A stretch of DNA of 32,000 bases from Archaeoglobus fulgidus DSM 4304 (lineage in GTDB: Archaea; Halobacteriota; Archaeoglobi; Archaeoglobales; Archaeoglobaceae). The translations under genes were made by a program, and so were the position numbers. Of the stretch, positions 8,577-20,240 are shown one piece after another (within the stretch, counting starts at the first letter, position 1; every line of letters begins with the position of its first letter). The stretch spans positions 1,140,001 to 1,172,000 of the forward strand of contig NC_000917.1 in assembly GCF_000008665.1 (NCBI RefSeq), written 5' to 3'. The notes beneath the pieces are model-generated. The model was not told the DNA's origin. It ran no database searches and saw only the letters and a list, made by a program, of their open reading frames with translations.

Positions 8577-10256
8577 ATGACGAATATAAATGAGAAAAGG
8601 AAAGAATGGGAAGAGAAATGTCTCAAACCGTGGTTGCAAAAAGCTGGGCAGAGAGAAGAAAAGTTCGAGACACTATCCGGCATTGAAGTTAATACAGTTT
8701 ATGATCCAACGGACATTGAACACATAGACTTTGTGAGAGACATCGGCTATCCGGGAGAGTTTCCCTTCACGAGGGGAGTTTATCCGAACATGTACCGCGG
8801 AAGGCTGTGGACTATGAGGCAGTTCTCGGGCTTTGGCACCGCAGAGGACACCAACAGAAGATGGAAGATGCTGCTCGAAGAGGGTGAGACGGGCTTGAGC
8901 ACAGCCTTCGACTTTCCAACTCTGATGGGCGTGGACAGCGATGACCCGCTTGCAGACGGAGAGGTGGGCAAAGTAGGAGTTGCCGTTGACACGCTTAAGG
9001 ACTTTGAGATTCTCTTCGACGGCATCCCGCTTGATAAGGTCTCGACGTCTTTCACCATCAACCCTCCTGCGGGTATCATACTGGCAATGTACGTTGCCAT
9101 CGCAGAAAAGCAGGGAGTTCCAAAGGAGAAAATCAGAGGGACAATTCAGAACGACATGCTGAAGGAATTCCACGCCCAGAACACTCTCGTTTTGCCTCCC
9201 GAGCCATCTCTCAAGATAATTGTTGACATCTTCGAGTGGGGAATTGAAAACGTGCCTAAATTCAACTTAATCAGCATCTCTGGCTATCACATCAGAGAGG
9301 CTGGCTCAACAGCAGTTCAGGAGCTTGCTTTCACAATTGCTGACGGAATGGCCTACGTTGAGGCTGCGATGGAGAGAGGGATAGACATTGACCGCCTTGC
9401 CCCACAGCTCAGCTTCTTCTTCAACTCCCACAACGACTTCTTTGAGGAGATTGCGAAGTTCAGGGCTGCAAGGAGGATGTGGGCCAAGATTATGAGGGAT
9501 GAATATGGAGCCAAGAATCCCCGCTCATGGTGGCTGAAGTTCCACACCCAGACAGCAGGCTGCTCTTTGACGGCTCAACAGCCCCTGAACAACATCGTGA
9601 GGACAACGATTCAGGCTATGGCTGCGGTGCTTGGCGGGACTCAATCATTGCACACCAACAGCTTTGATGAGGCTTGGGCTTTGCCGAGCGAGGAGGCCGT
9701 GAGAGTTGCACTGAGAACGCAACAGATTATCGCTTACGAGAGCGGAATTCCCAACGTTGTCGATCCGCTTGCAGGAAGCTACTACGTTGAGTGGCTTACT
9801 GACAAGATGGAGAAGCTCGCATGGAAGTACATCGAGGACATAAGGAAGATGGGTGAGGGCAGCATGCTCAGAGGTGTGCTTAAGGGCATAGAGAACGGGT
9901 TCTTTGTGAGAGAGATTTCAGATGCAGCTGCGAGATACCAGAGGGAGATTGAGGAGGGCAAAAGGATAGTTGTTGGCGTGAACAAGTTCACCATTGAGGA
10001 GGAGCTTAAGATTCCCATTCTGAAGGTTGACCCAGAAGTTCAGAGAAGGCAGATTGAAAGGCTGAGGAAGGTCAAGGCCGAGAGGGACAATGAGGCGGTG
10101 AAGGAGGCTTTGGAGTGGTTGAGAAACGCTGCCGAAAACGATGAAAATGTCATGCCTCCGATAATGGAGGCTGTTAAGGCCTATGCGACGATTGGAGAAA
10201 TAATGGGTGTGCTTAAGGAGGTTTACGGCACCTACAAGAAGCCGATAATCATCTGA
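8577..10256 (+). CDS. mcmA1: Methylmalonyl-CoA mutase, large (catalytic) subunit
   Basis: YPGEFPFTRGVYPNMYRGRLWTMRQFSGFGTAEDTNRR...STAFDFPTLMGVDSDDP; 559 aa with no B12-binding domain. Confidence 0.95.
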   Translation: MTNINEKRKEWEEKCLKPWLQKAGQREEKFETLSGIEVNTVYDPTDIEHIDFVRDIGYPGEFPFTRGVYPNMYRGRLWTMRQFSGFGTAEDTNRRWKMLLEEGETGLSTAFDFPTLMGVDSDDPLADGEVGKVGVAVDTLKDFEILFDGIPLDKVSTSFTINPPAGIILAMYVAIAEKQGVPKEKIRGTIQNDMLKEFHAQNTLVLPPEPSLKIIVDIFEWGIENVPKFNLISISGYHIREAGSTAVQELAFTIADGMAYVEAAMERGIDIDRLAPQLSFFFNSHNDFFEEIAKFRAARRMWAKIMRDEYGAKNPRSWWLKFHTQTAGCSLTAQQPLNNIVRTTIQAMAAVLGGTQSLHTNSFDEAWALPSEEAVRVALRTQQIIAYESGIPNVVDPLAGSYYVEWLTDKMEKLAWKYIEDIRKMGEGSMLRGVLKGIENGFFVREISDAAARYQREIEEGKRIVVGVNKFTIEEELKIPILKVDPEVQRRQIERLRKVKAERDNEAVKEALEWLRNAAENDENVMPPIMEAVKAYATIGEIMGVLKEVYGTYKKPIII

Positions 10257-10265
10257 GGTGGTGAA

Positions 10266-10682
10266 ATGGAGAAAAAAATCAGAGTGCTCGTTGCGAAGGT
10301 AGGGCTTGATGGGCACGACAGGGGGGCGAAGGTTCTGGCGAGATTTCTGAGAGATGCTGGCTTTGAGGTCATCTACACTGGCCTTCACCGCACACCGCAG
10401 GAGGTGGCGATGGCTGCAGTGGATGAAGACGTGGATGTTGTGGGCATAAGTCTTCACAGCGGTGCTCATCTTGCTTTAGTGCCGAAGGTCATAAACTACA
10501 TAAGGGAATACGGGGGCAATCCAGATGAGATGCTGATCCTCGTTGGTGGAGTTATTCCGACAGACGATATTGTCGAGCTGAAAAAGATGGGGGTTGATGA
10601 AGTGTTTATTCCCGGCACCCCCATTTCGGAAATTGTTGAGTTTATCAAAACCAAGCTGCCAGAAAAGAGGAAGAAAGAATGA
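10266..10682 (+). CDS. mcmA2: Methylmalonyl-CoA mutase, cobalamin-binding subunit
   Basis: [38 protein letters not shown]; B12-binding DxHxxG motif. Confidence 0.95.
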
Positions 10683-11719
10683 AACCTGAGGAAATTGTTG
10701 AGGGATTGCTTTCGGGCAACAGAAGGGCTTTGGCCAGAGCAATAACCTACGTTGAGAACGAGTATCCAGAGTCGAAGGAGATAATGAGACAAATTTTTGC
10801 CAAAACGGGCAGGGCTCACGTTGTCGGTTTGACAGGCTTTCCCGGCGTGGGAAAAAGCACTCTGGTGAGCAAGCTGACGGAGGAGTTCAGGAGAAGGGGA
10901 AAGAAGGTTGGTATCATCGCCATCGACCCCGGCTCGCCATTCACGGGAGGAGCGCTGCTGGGAGACAGACTGAGGCTGGACGGGATGGACTCAAGAAAAC
11001 AGCTTTGGACAGATCCGGGCATTTTCTTCAGAAGCATGAGCTCTCGCGGCAGGGCTGGAGGTTTGGCAGCCAAAACAGGAGATGTTGTAAGGCTGCTGGA
11101 TGCCTTCGGCTTCGACGTCATTCTCGTCGAAACTGTTGGGGCAGGGCAGAGCGAGGTGGACATCATTGAGGTTGCAGACACCTCGGTTGTCGTGATGATG
11201 CCTGAAACGGGGGATGAGATTCAGGTGAACAAGGCCGGAATCCTTGAGATTGGAGATATTTACGTTGTAAACAAGGCTGACTTGGGAGGGGCGGAGAAGG
11301 TGGAGCGCTGGCTGAGATACATGCTCTCCCTCGATGAGGAGAGCGTGCAGATGCTTTCTCAGATGACCCACGCTGATGAGGCGAGAGTGCAGAGTGGAGA
11401 GTTCTTTGAGCGTAGAAAGGGATGGAATCCACCCGTCATTAAGACCGTCGCCGACAGAGGAGAGGGGATAAAGGAGCTTGCGGATGCCATTGAGGAGCAT
11501 TTTGACTACATGAAGAAGACAGGGCTGATAGAGAAGAGGAGAAGGGAGAGGGTGAAGAGGGAGCTCTTTGAAATCGTGATGAACGACGTAATCAAGCTCG
11601 TCAAGGAGAAAACAAACTACAGGGATTTGTTGGTGAAGCTGCTGAAAGGTGAGACCGACCCCTACACCGCTGCAGAACAAATTGTCGAGGAGGTAATTCA
11701 CAATGCTGGCAAAGGATAG
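10679..11719 (+). CDS. meaB: MeaB/ArgK-family G-protein chaperone of methylmalonyl-CoA mutase
   Basis: [62 protein letters not shown]. Confidence 0.93.
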
Positions 11720-12191
11720 CTCCCTCACGAGAACAGGGAAAGGGGAGATAGTAGACAAGGACTCCAGCTTCACATGGTATGTCGGGACAATTGATGAGGC
11801 AAACGCCTTCATCGGCCTTGCGAGAGTTTTCTCAAAGGACGAGAAGGTGAGGGAGACGCTTCTGGAGATTCAGAAAATGCTTTTCCTTGTGGGAGCTGAG
11901 CCCTCCCTTCAAAAGCTGAGCGAGAAGGATTTGGAGTGGATGCTTGAGAGAGTTGAGGAGTTTGAAAGGTCTGTGAAAAAGCCCCACTGCTTCATTATTC
12001 TTGAGAAGGATGAGAGCACCGCCTTTCTCAGTGTTGCAAGAGCAGTGGTGAGGAGGGCTGAAAGGCAGGCGGTGAGGCTCTACAGAGAGGGAAAAGCAAG
12101 GCTTCTGGTGGTTGAGTGGCTGAACAAGCTCAGCTACCTGCTTTACCTCATGATTCTGAAGGAAGGTGGAGGAGATTTTGAGGAAATTTAG
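11703..12191 (+). CDS. PduO-type cob(I)alamin adenosyltransferase
   Basis: [46 protein letters not shown]; gene neighbourhood with mutase and MeaB. Confidence 0.85.
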
Positions 12192-12202
12192 GAGGTGTTA
12201 GT

Positions 12203-13390
12203 TTGAGAGATGTGGCGGTTTTGGGAGTTGGAATGACGAAGTTCGGGAAGCATCCCGATAAATCTCTCGTCGATTTGTTTGCAGAGGCCTTTTATGAGGC
12301 CTTTGAGGAGTCCAACATCGAGCTGAAGGACATTCAGGCCTTATACTACGGTAACTTTGTTGGTGAGATGACGGACGGCTCAGGCAATCTTTCGGGCTTC
12401 ATGGCGGACGAGATAGGGCTGAGGGGTATACCAGCTATAAGATACGAGGGGGCGTGCGCTTCATCCAGCGTTGCTTTCAGGGAAGCTGTGAGGGCCGTTG
12501 CTGCAGGCTACTACGACATTGTTGCGGTTGGAGGGAGCGAGAGGCTCTACACCGCTGGAACGGAAATAGGAACGAGGGCTTTAGCGACTGCGGTAGATGG
12601 CGTTTACGAGATTACCGCAGGGCTGACGTTCCCCGGAGTTTTCGCCCTCGCAGCGAGGCTTTACTCCAAGAAGTATGAGATACCGCTTGAGGAGCTCAGA
12701 GAGATGATGGCGATGGTCTCCGTAAAGAACCACAGGTATGGGGCGATAAACCCCAAGGCGCAGTTCTACGGGAAGCTTGGTGATTTGAAGGTTGAGGATG
12801 TTCTGAACTCAAGGATGATAAGCTCGCCCCTAACGCTGCTGGACTGCTGCCCGATGACCGACGGTGGAAGCGCTGCAATCATTGCAGCTGCCGACTTGGC
12901 AGAGGAGCTCGTTGACACGCCCGTTTACGTAAGGGGAACAGGGCAATCGTCAGCGGGAGGGCTTTTCAGGCAGAAGGAGGATATCATCAGAGCGATACCG
13001 AGAAGGAAAGCTTCAGAGATGGCCTTTAAGGAGGCAAATATGACTCCCAAGGACATCGACTTTGTGGAGGTTCATGACTGCTTCACCATCGCCGAAATTA
13101 TCGCCTTAGAGGCCATGGGATTCTTCGAGTACGGGCAGGGATGCTATGCGGTGAAGGAGGGTGTAACGAGTATTGATGGTGACCTGCCAGTCAATCCAGA
13201 CGGCGGGCTGATTGGCAAGGGGCATCCTGTGGGTGCGACGGGAGTTTCGCAGGTTTACTCGGTGGTTAAGCAGCTAAGGGGAGAGTTCAAGGAGAATCCG
13301 GTGAAGGATGCGGAGACGGGAATGACCGACACGCTTGGCGGGGACTTCGGAACGCTGGTGAACATAATTTTGAGCGTTCACAGGAGGTGA
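12203..13390 (+). CDS. Thiolase family protein (acetyl-CoA acetyltransferase/SCP2-type)
   Basis: RYEGACASSSVAFREAV, VEVHDCFTIAEI, NPDGGLIGKGHPVGATG; TTG start after a GGAGG-like site. Confidence 0.92.
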   Translation: MRDVAVLGVGMTKFGKHPDKSLVDLFAEAFYEAFEESNIELKDIQALYYGNFVGEMTDGSGNLSGFMADEIGLRGIPAIRYEGACASSSVAFREAVRAVAAGYYDIVAVGGSERLYTAGTEIGTRALATAVDGVYEITAGLTFPGVFALAARLYSKKYEIPLEELREMMAMVSVKNHRYGAINPKAQFYGKLGDLKVEDVLNSRMISSPLTLLDCCPMTDGGSAAIIAAADLAEELVDTPVYVRGTGQSSAGGLFRQKEDIIRAIPRRKASEMAFKEANMTPKDIDFVEVHDCFTIAEIIALEAMGFFEYGQGCYAVKEGVTSIDGDLPVNPDGGLIGKGHPVGATGVSQVYSVVKQLRGEFKENPVKDAETGMTDTLGGDFGTLVNIILSVHRR

Positions 13391-13394
13391 AGGG

Positions 13395-13805
13395 ATGAGG
13401 TTCGTGGACTTCTTCAACGCCCTGCTGGAGGGGAAAGTCATAGGCCAGAAGTGCGGTGACTGCGGGAGCTACACCTGCCCGCCGAAGGCTACATGCGATA
13501 ACTGCGGAAGCAGGAATCTTGAGGCTGTTGAGCTGAGCGGTAAGGGTGTTATAAGGACCTTCACAACAACCTACGTGGCCCCCTCAGGCTACACAAATGA
13601 AGCTCCCTACACAGTTGCCATGGTCGAGCTCGATGAGGGGCCGTGGATTGTTGGGAGGATTGACTTGCCCAACGAGGAGATAGAGAAGTTCGGGCAGGAT
13701 TTAATCGGCGCAAGAGTTTCCGTTTACGGCAAGGAGTTCCCCACTGAGCCCTTCTATCCAGACAAGAAGAGAAGGGTTGTGCCGATGTTCAGGTTAGAGG
13801 GGTGA
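13395..13805 (+). CDS. DUF35 / OB-fold zinc-ribbon protein partnered with thiolase
   Basis: GQKCGDCGSYTCPPKATCDNCGSRNLE ribbon followed by an OB-fold region. Confidence 0.9.
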   Translation: MRFVDFFNALLEGKVIGQKCGDCGSYTCPPKATCDNCGSRNLEAVELSGKGVIRTFTTTYVAPSGYTNEAPYTVAMVELDEGPWIVGRIDLPNEEIEKFGQDLIGARVSVYGKEFPTEPFYPDKKRRVVPMFRLEG

Positions 13806-14956
13806 AGATGAACTTCGAGCTTGATGAGGACCACAGAATGCTCCAGAATGCAGTGAGGGAGTTTGCAGAGAAGGAGATAATGCCCTACGGCAAGGAGTAT
13901 GACGAGAAGAGGGAGTATCCGATGGAGATTTTCAGAAAGGCTGCGAAGCTTGGCTATGTAGGGGCGAGCGTTCCTGAGGAGTACGGTGGAGCGGGGCTGG
14001 ATTACCTCGGAGAGGCTATCATCAGCGAAGAGCTTACAAGAGCTGACAGCAGCATTGGGACTGCAGTTGATCTGGCAATTCTCGGAGTTCCAATGGTTCT
14101 GAGATATGGAAGTGAGGAGCAGAAGGAGAAATACATCCCACCCGTCGTTCAGGGTAAAGCTCCTTCGGCAATAGCCATCACAGAGCCCGACTGCGGTACT
14201 GATGTCGCTGCCATGAGAACAAAGGCCGTTAAGGAGGGAGAGGAGTGGGTGATAAACGGCTCCAAGACCTTCATCACCAATGGAAGCGTTGCTGGGCACA
14301 CCATCGTCCTCGCAAAGACCGCTGAAGTCGAGCCTCCCCACAGAGGGATTTCAGCCTTTATCGTTGAGCCAGCATGGGAGGGGTACGAGGCGAGGAGAAT
14401 AGAGAAGATGGGGCTGAACTGCCACGATACGGCTGAGATAACGCTGAAAAATGTAAGAGTTCCCGCTGAAAACCTCCTCGGGGAGGAGAACAGGGGATTC
14501 TACCAGCTGATGGAGTTCTTCAACGAGAGCAGGGTTAAGATTGCAGCTCTCCACTTGGGAATGGCTGTTGGAGCTTACGAGAGAGCCTTGGAGTACGCGA
14601 AGCAGAGAAAGGCGTTCGGGAAAGCTTTGATAGAGCATCAGGCGATTCAGTTCAAGCTCGCCGACATGTGGAAGGATATCGAAGCTGCAAGGCTGCTGGT
14701 TTACAAGGCTGCGTGGCTTATTGACCAGGGTAAGCCCGTACCCGCCATAAGCTCAGCAGCGAAGCTCTTCGCCAGCGAGGCTGCTGTAAAGGTTACCTAT
14801 GAGGCTCTGCAGGTTTTTGGCGGCTACGGCTACAGCAAGGAGTACGACATCGAGCGCTACTACAGAGATGCAAGAGTCGGGACGATTTACGAGGGAACGA
14901 GCGAGGCCCAGAGGATTGTGATTGCGAGGAGTCTGATGGGGAGGGTTAAGCGGTAA
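13802..14956 (+). CDS. Acyl-CoA dehydrogenase
   Basis: AIAITEPDCGTDVAAM, WVINGSKTFITNG, QVFGGYGYSKEYDIERYYRDARVGTIYEGTSEAQR. Confidence 0.95.
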   Translation: MKMNFELDEDHRMLQNAVREFAEKEIMPYGKEYDEKREYPMEIFRKAAKLGYVGASVPEEYGGAGLDYLGEAIISEELTRADSSIGTAVDLAILGVPMVLRYGSEEQKEKYIPPVVQGKAPSAIAITEPDCGTDVAAMRTKAVKEGEEWVINGSKTFITNGSVAGHTIVLAKTAEVEPPHRGISAFIVEPAWEGYEARRIEKMGLNCHDTAEITLKNVRVPAENLLGEENRGFYQLMEFFNESRVKIAALHLGMAVGAYERALEYAKQRKAFGKALIEHQAIQFKLADMWKDIEAARLLVYKAAWLIDQGKPVPAISSAAKLFASEAAVKVTYEALQVFGGYGYSKEYDIERYYRDARVGTIYEGTSEAQRIVIARSLMGRVKR

Positions 14957-14997
14957 TTTTTGTCTTTTTTCCCACTCTCTCCGCACAAGCTCTGAGG

Positions 14998-15549
14998 TTA
15001 CTTCATAAGAAAATGGACGCCTCTCTCAATGGCTATTGAGAACAGAGCCACTACCAAACCCATAACAACCATTTTTGCGGACGAAATTAAAAGATGCTCT
15101 CTTGAAATTCTGCCGTATATTATGCCGATCAAAGCCAAAGAGAGTGCCGTCAGAGAGACCGACCAGATAATGGCTGACTGAACGGAAAAACCCACGAAGA
15201 AGGCAATGACGAATGGCAAGACCGGCACAACACTACCCAGAATAGTGGATAGCCCGTCAATCATTCCGCTCATAATAACTCTCTTTCTAACTTCTTTGTA
15301 CAGCCTGGTATCCCTCAGCTCAACCAGCATAGATTTTTCAAGCTCGCGGAATTCCTTCTCCTCCTCAACTCTTTCAGCCGTGAGCGCACCAAACACATTT
15401 GAAATGCCGTTAGCCACCCCTCCTCCAATCCCGGCGGAAATTATAACATCCAGCTGTCCCCCTGAAGCCCCGAGCACAACTCCGAGCACCGAAAGGGCTC
15501 CGTCAATAAACCCTCTCACAAACTGCCTTTCCACGAAAAGAGTTGGCAA
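14998..15549 (-). CDS. VIT1/CCC1-like (TIGR00267-type) integral membrane protein
   Basis: FVRGFIDGALSVLGVVLGAS and SGMIDGLSTILGSVVPVLPF repeats with 5 hydrophobic segments. Confidence 0.75.
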   Translation of the reverse strand: MPTLFVERQFVRGFIDGALSVLGVVLGASGGQLDVIISAGIGGGVANGISNVFGALTAERVEEEKEFRELEKSMLVELRDTRLYKEVRKRVIMSGMIDGLSTILGSVVPVLPFVIAFFVGFSVQSAIIWSVSLTALSLALIGIIYGRISREHLLISSAKMVVMGLVVALFSIAIERGVHFLMK

Positions 15550-15737
15550 ATGCCTTAAGAATTTTGCCGTTCAAAACGAAGATGAATGGGTTTTCAAGAG
15601 CTAACTTTGTAGCTTAAAGATTTAGATAGTGCAAAATCTTTGTAGTCGGCATTAATCAAAGCAATCGGAAGTTTGTGGCAGGAGTTTTTAGATGAAACAC
15701 AACTTCACCCTGACGAAACTACGACAAATAAAAAGCA

Positions 15738-15813
<76 letters not shown>

Positions 15814-15871
15814 TTATCTCTGCTTGGCCAATGTGTTTATAAACTTTCTGTGCTCAATTAAATGTGACATC

Positions 15872-16285
15872 TCAATCACAGCATGAAGTTTCTGAGCAGC
15901 AACTTGTTTTTAGCTCCGCAACCGCCATCAGAGCGGCCTTTACAACCAGATCCGCCTTTACGACTTCTTGCAGCTGTTGGTCAACTTCCAAAGCCCTGCA
16001 TTCCTGATCTCCGCAGACATCACAACAGGGAGTTTGCGTTACTTTTGCTCCAATCCAGTCTTCCAGTAGCCTGCCATTTATCCAGACCTCATTCGACTTG
16101 AAGGGGTCACGAGAGAAGTCCTCAGGAGTTAATTCGACTTCTTCGAAAACAACTTCAAAGCCAAGCGGAGATAAAAACTCTTTCAAAGTATTAACCGCCT
16201 TTAAAAGCTCTTTTCCTGTTTCAGAGCACCTTGGACAGGTTTCTCCGTCAACAGAAAGATGTAGCCACTTTATTGTCAGTTGCAT
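15872..16285 (-). CDS. DUF2703-like cysteine-rich protein, putative metal/metalloid binding
   Basis: WLHLSVDGETCPRCSETG, CCDVCGDQEC, C-terminal SCCSETSCCD. Confidence 0.7.
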   Translation of the reverse strand: MQLTIKWLHLSVDGETCPRCSETGKELLKAVNTLKEFLSPLGFEVVFEEVELTPEDFSRDPFKSNEVWINGRLLEDWIGAKVTQTPCCDVCGDQECRALEVDQQLQEVVKADLVVKAALMAVAELKTSCCSETSCCD

Positions 16286-16363
16286 AAAAACGCTATGCTA
16301 AAGCGGTTATAAACTCTTCTGTCGTTCTGAGTGTTCCGGTTTATAAATAAAAAATAGGGAAAG

Positions 16364-16888
16364 TCACTCGATCTTGATTTTCTTTCCGCTCGTCTTAGGC
16401 GTCTTCTTCTTCAGGATTACTTCAAGCACACCGTTGTTGTATCTCGCCTTCGCTGAGTCCGGATCGACCTCAGCGGGCAGTTCAACGGTCTCATAGTACT
16501 TCCTGTTCTCTCCCTCTGCCCTGATTTCTAGAGTTGTCTCGGTAGCGTTGAGCTCAATGTCGTCCTTGTTCACTCCTGGCATCTCGGCAATAACCTGAAT
16601 CTCGTTGTCAGTCTCTATGACGTCAACCAGCGGTCTCCTCTCTTCAATTCCAGTCTCCTTGATCGTGGGCTTGGTTCCGAACTCCCTTATTTCAGGCTTC
16701 CCGTCAGGCCCAATCCTGATTGAGAATCCCCTGACTATCGGTTTTATCTCTCCCGACTCAGCCTTTCTGAAGATTTCCTCGATGTCCCTCATCATCCTCT
16801 CGAATATGTCGTCTATGCCGAATCTGAAGAACTCATCGAAGATGTCCCATTCCTCATCCCAGTCCCTTCTCCTTCTCCTCCAAACCAT
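16364..16888 (-). CDS. hsp20: Small heat shock protein, Hsp20/alpha-crystallin family
   Basis: IQVIAEMPGVNKDDIELNATE...YNNGVLEVILKKK; third gene of the heat-shock operon. Confidence 0.95.
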   Translation of the reverse strand: MVWRRRRRDWDEEWDIFDEFFRFGIDDIFERMMRDIEEIFRKAESGEIKPIVRGFSIRIGPDGKPEIREFGTKPTIKETGIEERRPLVDVIETDNEIQVIAEMPGVNKDDIELNATETTLEIRAEGENRKYYETVELPAEVDPDSAKARYNNGVLEVILKKKTPKTSGKKIKIE

Positions 16889-16903
16889 ACAACCTCACCT
16901 CCT

Positions 16904-19108
<2,205 letters not shown>

Positions 19109-19119
19109 CTACCACCTCC

Positions 19120-19821
19120 TTACTTTATCATCCAAACAACTTCACCATTCTTTTCCTCTTTCTCAACCAACCCCTTTTCGTGAAGGGAGTTTAGGGCTCT
19201 TTCAACCTCCCTGTAAGGGAGCCTGAAGGTCTCGGCAATTTCCGCTGCCGTCCTAAGACCCTTTGCGAGGCCGAGCATGACGAGCCTTTCCAGGTCGTCG
19301 CTGACGACCCTCTCAATCTCGTTGAGCATCCTCTCAACGAACTGGTTGAATCTCATTGATAGGGTGCTCTGGACTCTTGAAAACCTCCTCTGGAGGTCTT
19401 CAGCCACTTTTAGGGCTCTGTAAATCTCCGAAATGGATTCGGCCTTCAGCCTCTCTATCATGTTGAACTCGTTCCGAATCTCCTTCATCAGGGATGGCAG
19501 GTCGTAATTTTCACTGTCCCTGATCTCAGCCCCGAACTTGTGGGGGGAAATGACAACCTCGAGGCGGAGACTTCTTGGAATGTAGTAGTACCTCTTCCTT
19601 CCCTCCTCGAAGCTCGACACTATTCCCGCCTTAACGAGCTTGTCGAGGTGCTCAAGCACGGCCTTCGGAGCCATGCCGAGATAGTACGAAATCTCGCTGA
19701 CGTAGCAGGGTTTTCTTGATAGCAACTGCAGTATCCTCCTCCTGCTCTCGTTTCCGAGAACGTCCATTATCGTCTCCGCCTCTATGTCCATCTCACCACC
19801 TCGGGGCACTAACCCCTTCAC
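19120..19821 (-). CDS. ArsR-like winged-helix heat-shock regulator (HSR1-like)
   Basis: IMDVLGNESRRRILQLLSRKPCYVSEISYYLGMAPKAVLEHLDKLVKAGIVSSF; leads operon with cdc48 and hsp20, as described for A. fulgidus HSR1. Confidence 0.88.
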   Translation of the reverse strand: MKGLVPRGGEMDIEAETIMDVLGNESRRRILQLLSRKPCYVSEISYYLGMAPKAVLEHLDKLVKAGIVSSFEEGRKRYYYIPRSLRLEVVISPHKFGAEIRDSENYDLPSLMKEIRNEFNMIERLKAESISEIYRALKVAEDLQRRFSRVQSTLSMRFNQFVERMLNEIERVVSDDLERLVMLGLAKGLRTAAEIAETFRLPYREVERALNSLHEKGLVEKEEKNGEVVWMIK

Positions 19822-19836
19822 TCTTAATGTCGGTTA

Positions 19837-19851
19837 CTAACTTTATGTTAG
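19837..19851. promoter_or_regulatory. Palindromic operator-like site CTAAC-N5-GTTAG just downstream of the heat-shock operon TATA box
   Basis: CTAAC(19837-19841)TTTATGTTAG(to 19851). On the minus strand a TATA-like TTTATATA lies about 10-30 nt upstream, so the site should overlap the transcription start. Confidence 0.82.
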
Positions 19852-19889
19852 GTTTATGGTATATAAAGTTTTCGGTTATTTTGTGTGGC

Positions 19890-20192
19890 TGTGCATCCCA
19901 ATTATTTTCTCTTCAATCTGGAGGAAGCTTGTACCAGAACGCATTGCAGAGTTCATCCCACTCCAAACTTCTATGAGGCTTAATCTCATTATGCCATCCA
20001 ACAACTGCTTCAACTGAGCCAAACTTTCCAGTCCCTCTCTCAACCTTTACTCTCGCAAGAATGTGCTTAACCTTCTCTCTGCTTTTCGCAGCAACGAATT
20101 GGGTTCGTGTTCGGTAAGAATCTCGTCAGAATGCCATACTCAGCAATCTCTCTCAGAACCTTGAGTATGTCCTTGTTCGTCAGCTTCCTCAC
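19890..20192 (-). pseudogene. Decayed, internally deleted insertion sequence remnant (transposase pseudogene plus one terminal inverted-repeat end)
   Basis: Minus-strand fragments VRKLTNKD..., EYGI, QFVAAKSREKVKHILARV, WHNEIKPHRSLEWDEL match the intact transposase at 28304..29203 (MRKLTNKK, EYGIPDEILTDHGTQFVAAKSREKAKH, HVLARI, YNYVKPHMSLNFDEL). The end AAAATAATTGGGATGCACA resembles the IS end AAATTAATTCGGGATATCACA. Confidence 0.82.
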
Positions 20193-20240
20193 GTGGCTAC
20201 CGAAAAGTTTAAATACTCTGCCGAAAACCTTATATACTGC

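Noticed and set aside
10991-11812. 273-aa minus-strand ORF
   Set aside because: Antisense to meaB with strong GTPase motifs; non-domain-like translation.
19716-19976. 86-aa plus-strand ORF spanning the HSR1 promoter
   Set aside because: Crosses the regulator coding start, the operator and the IS-remnant terminus; no domain features.
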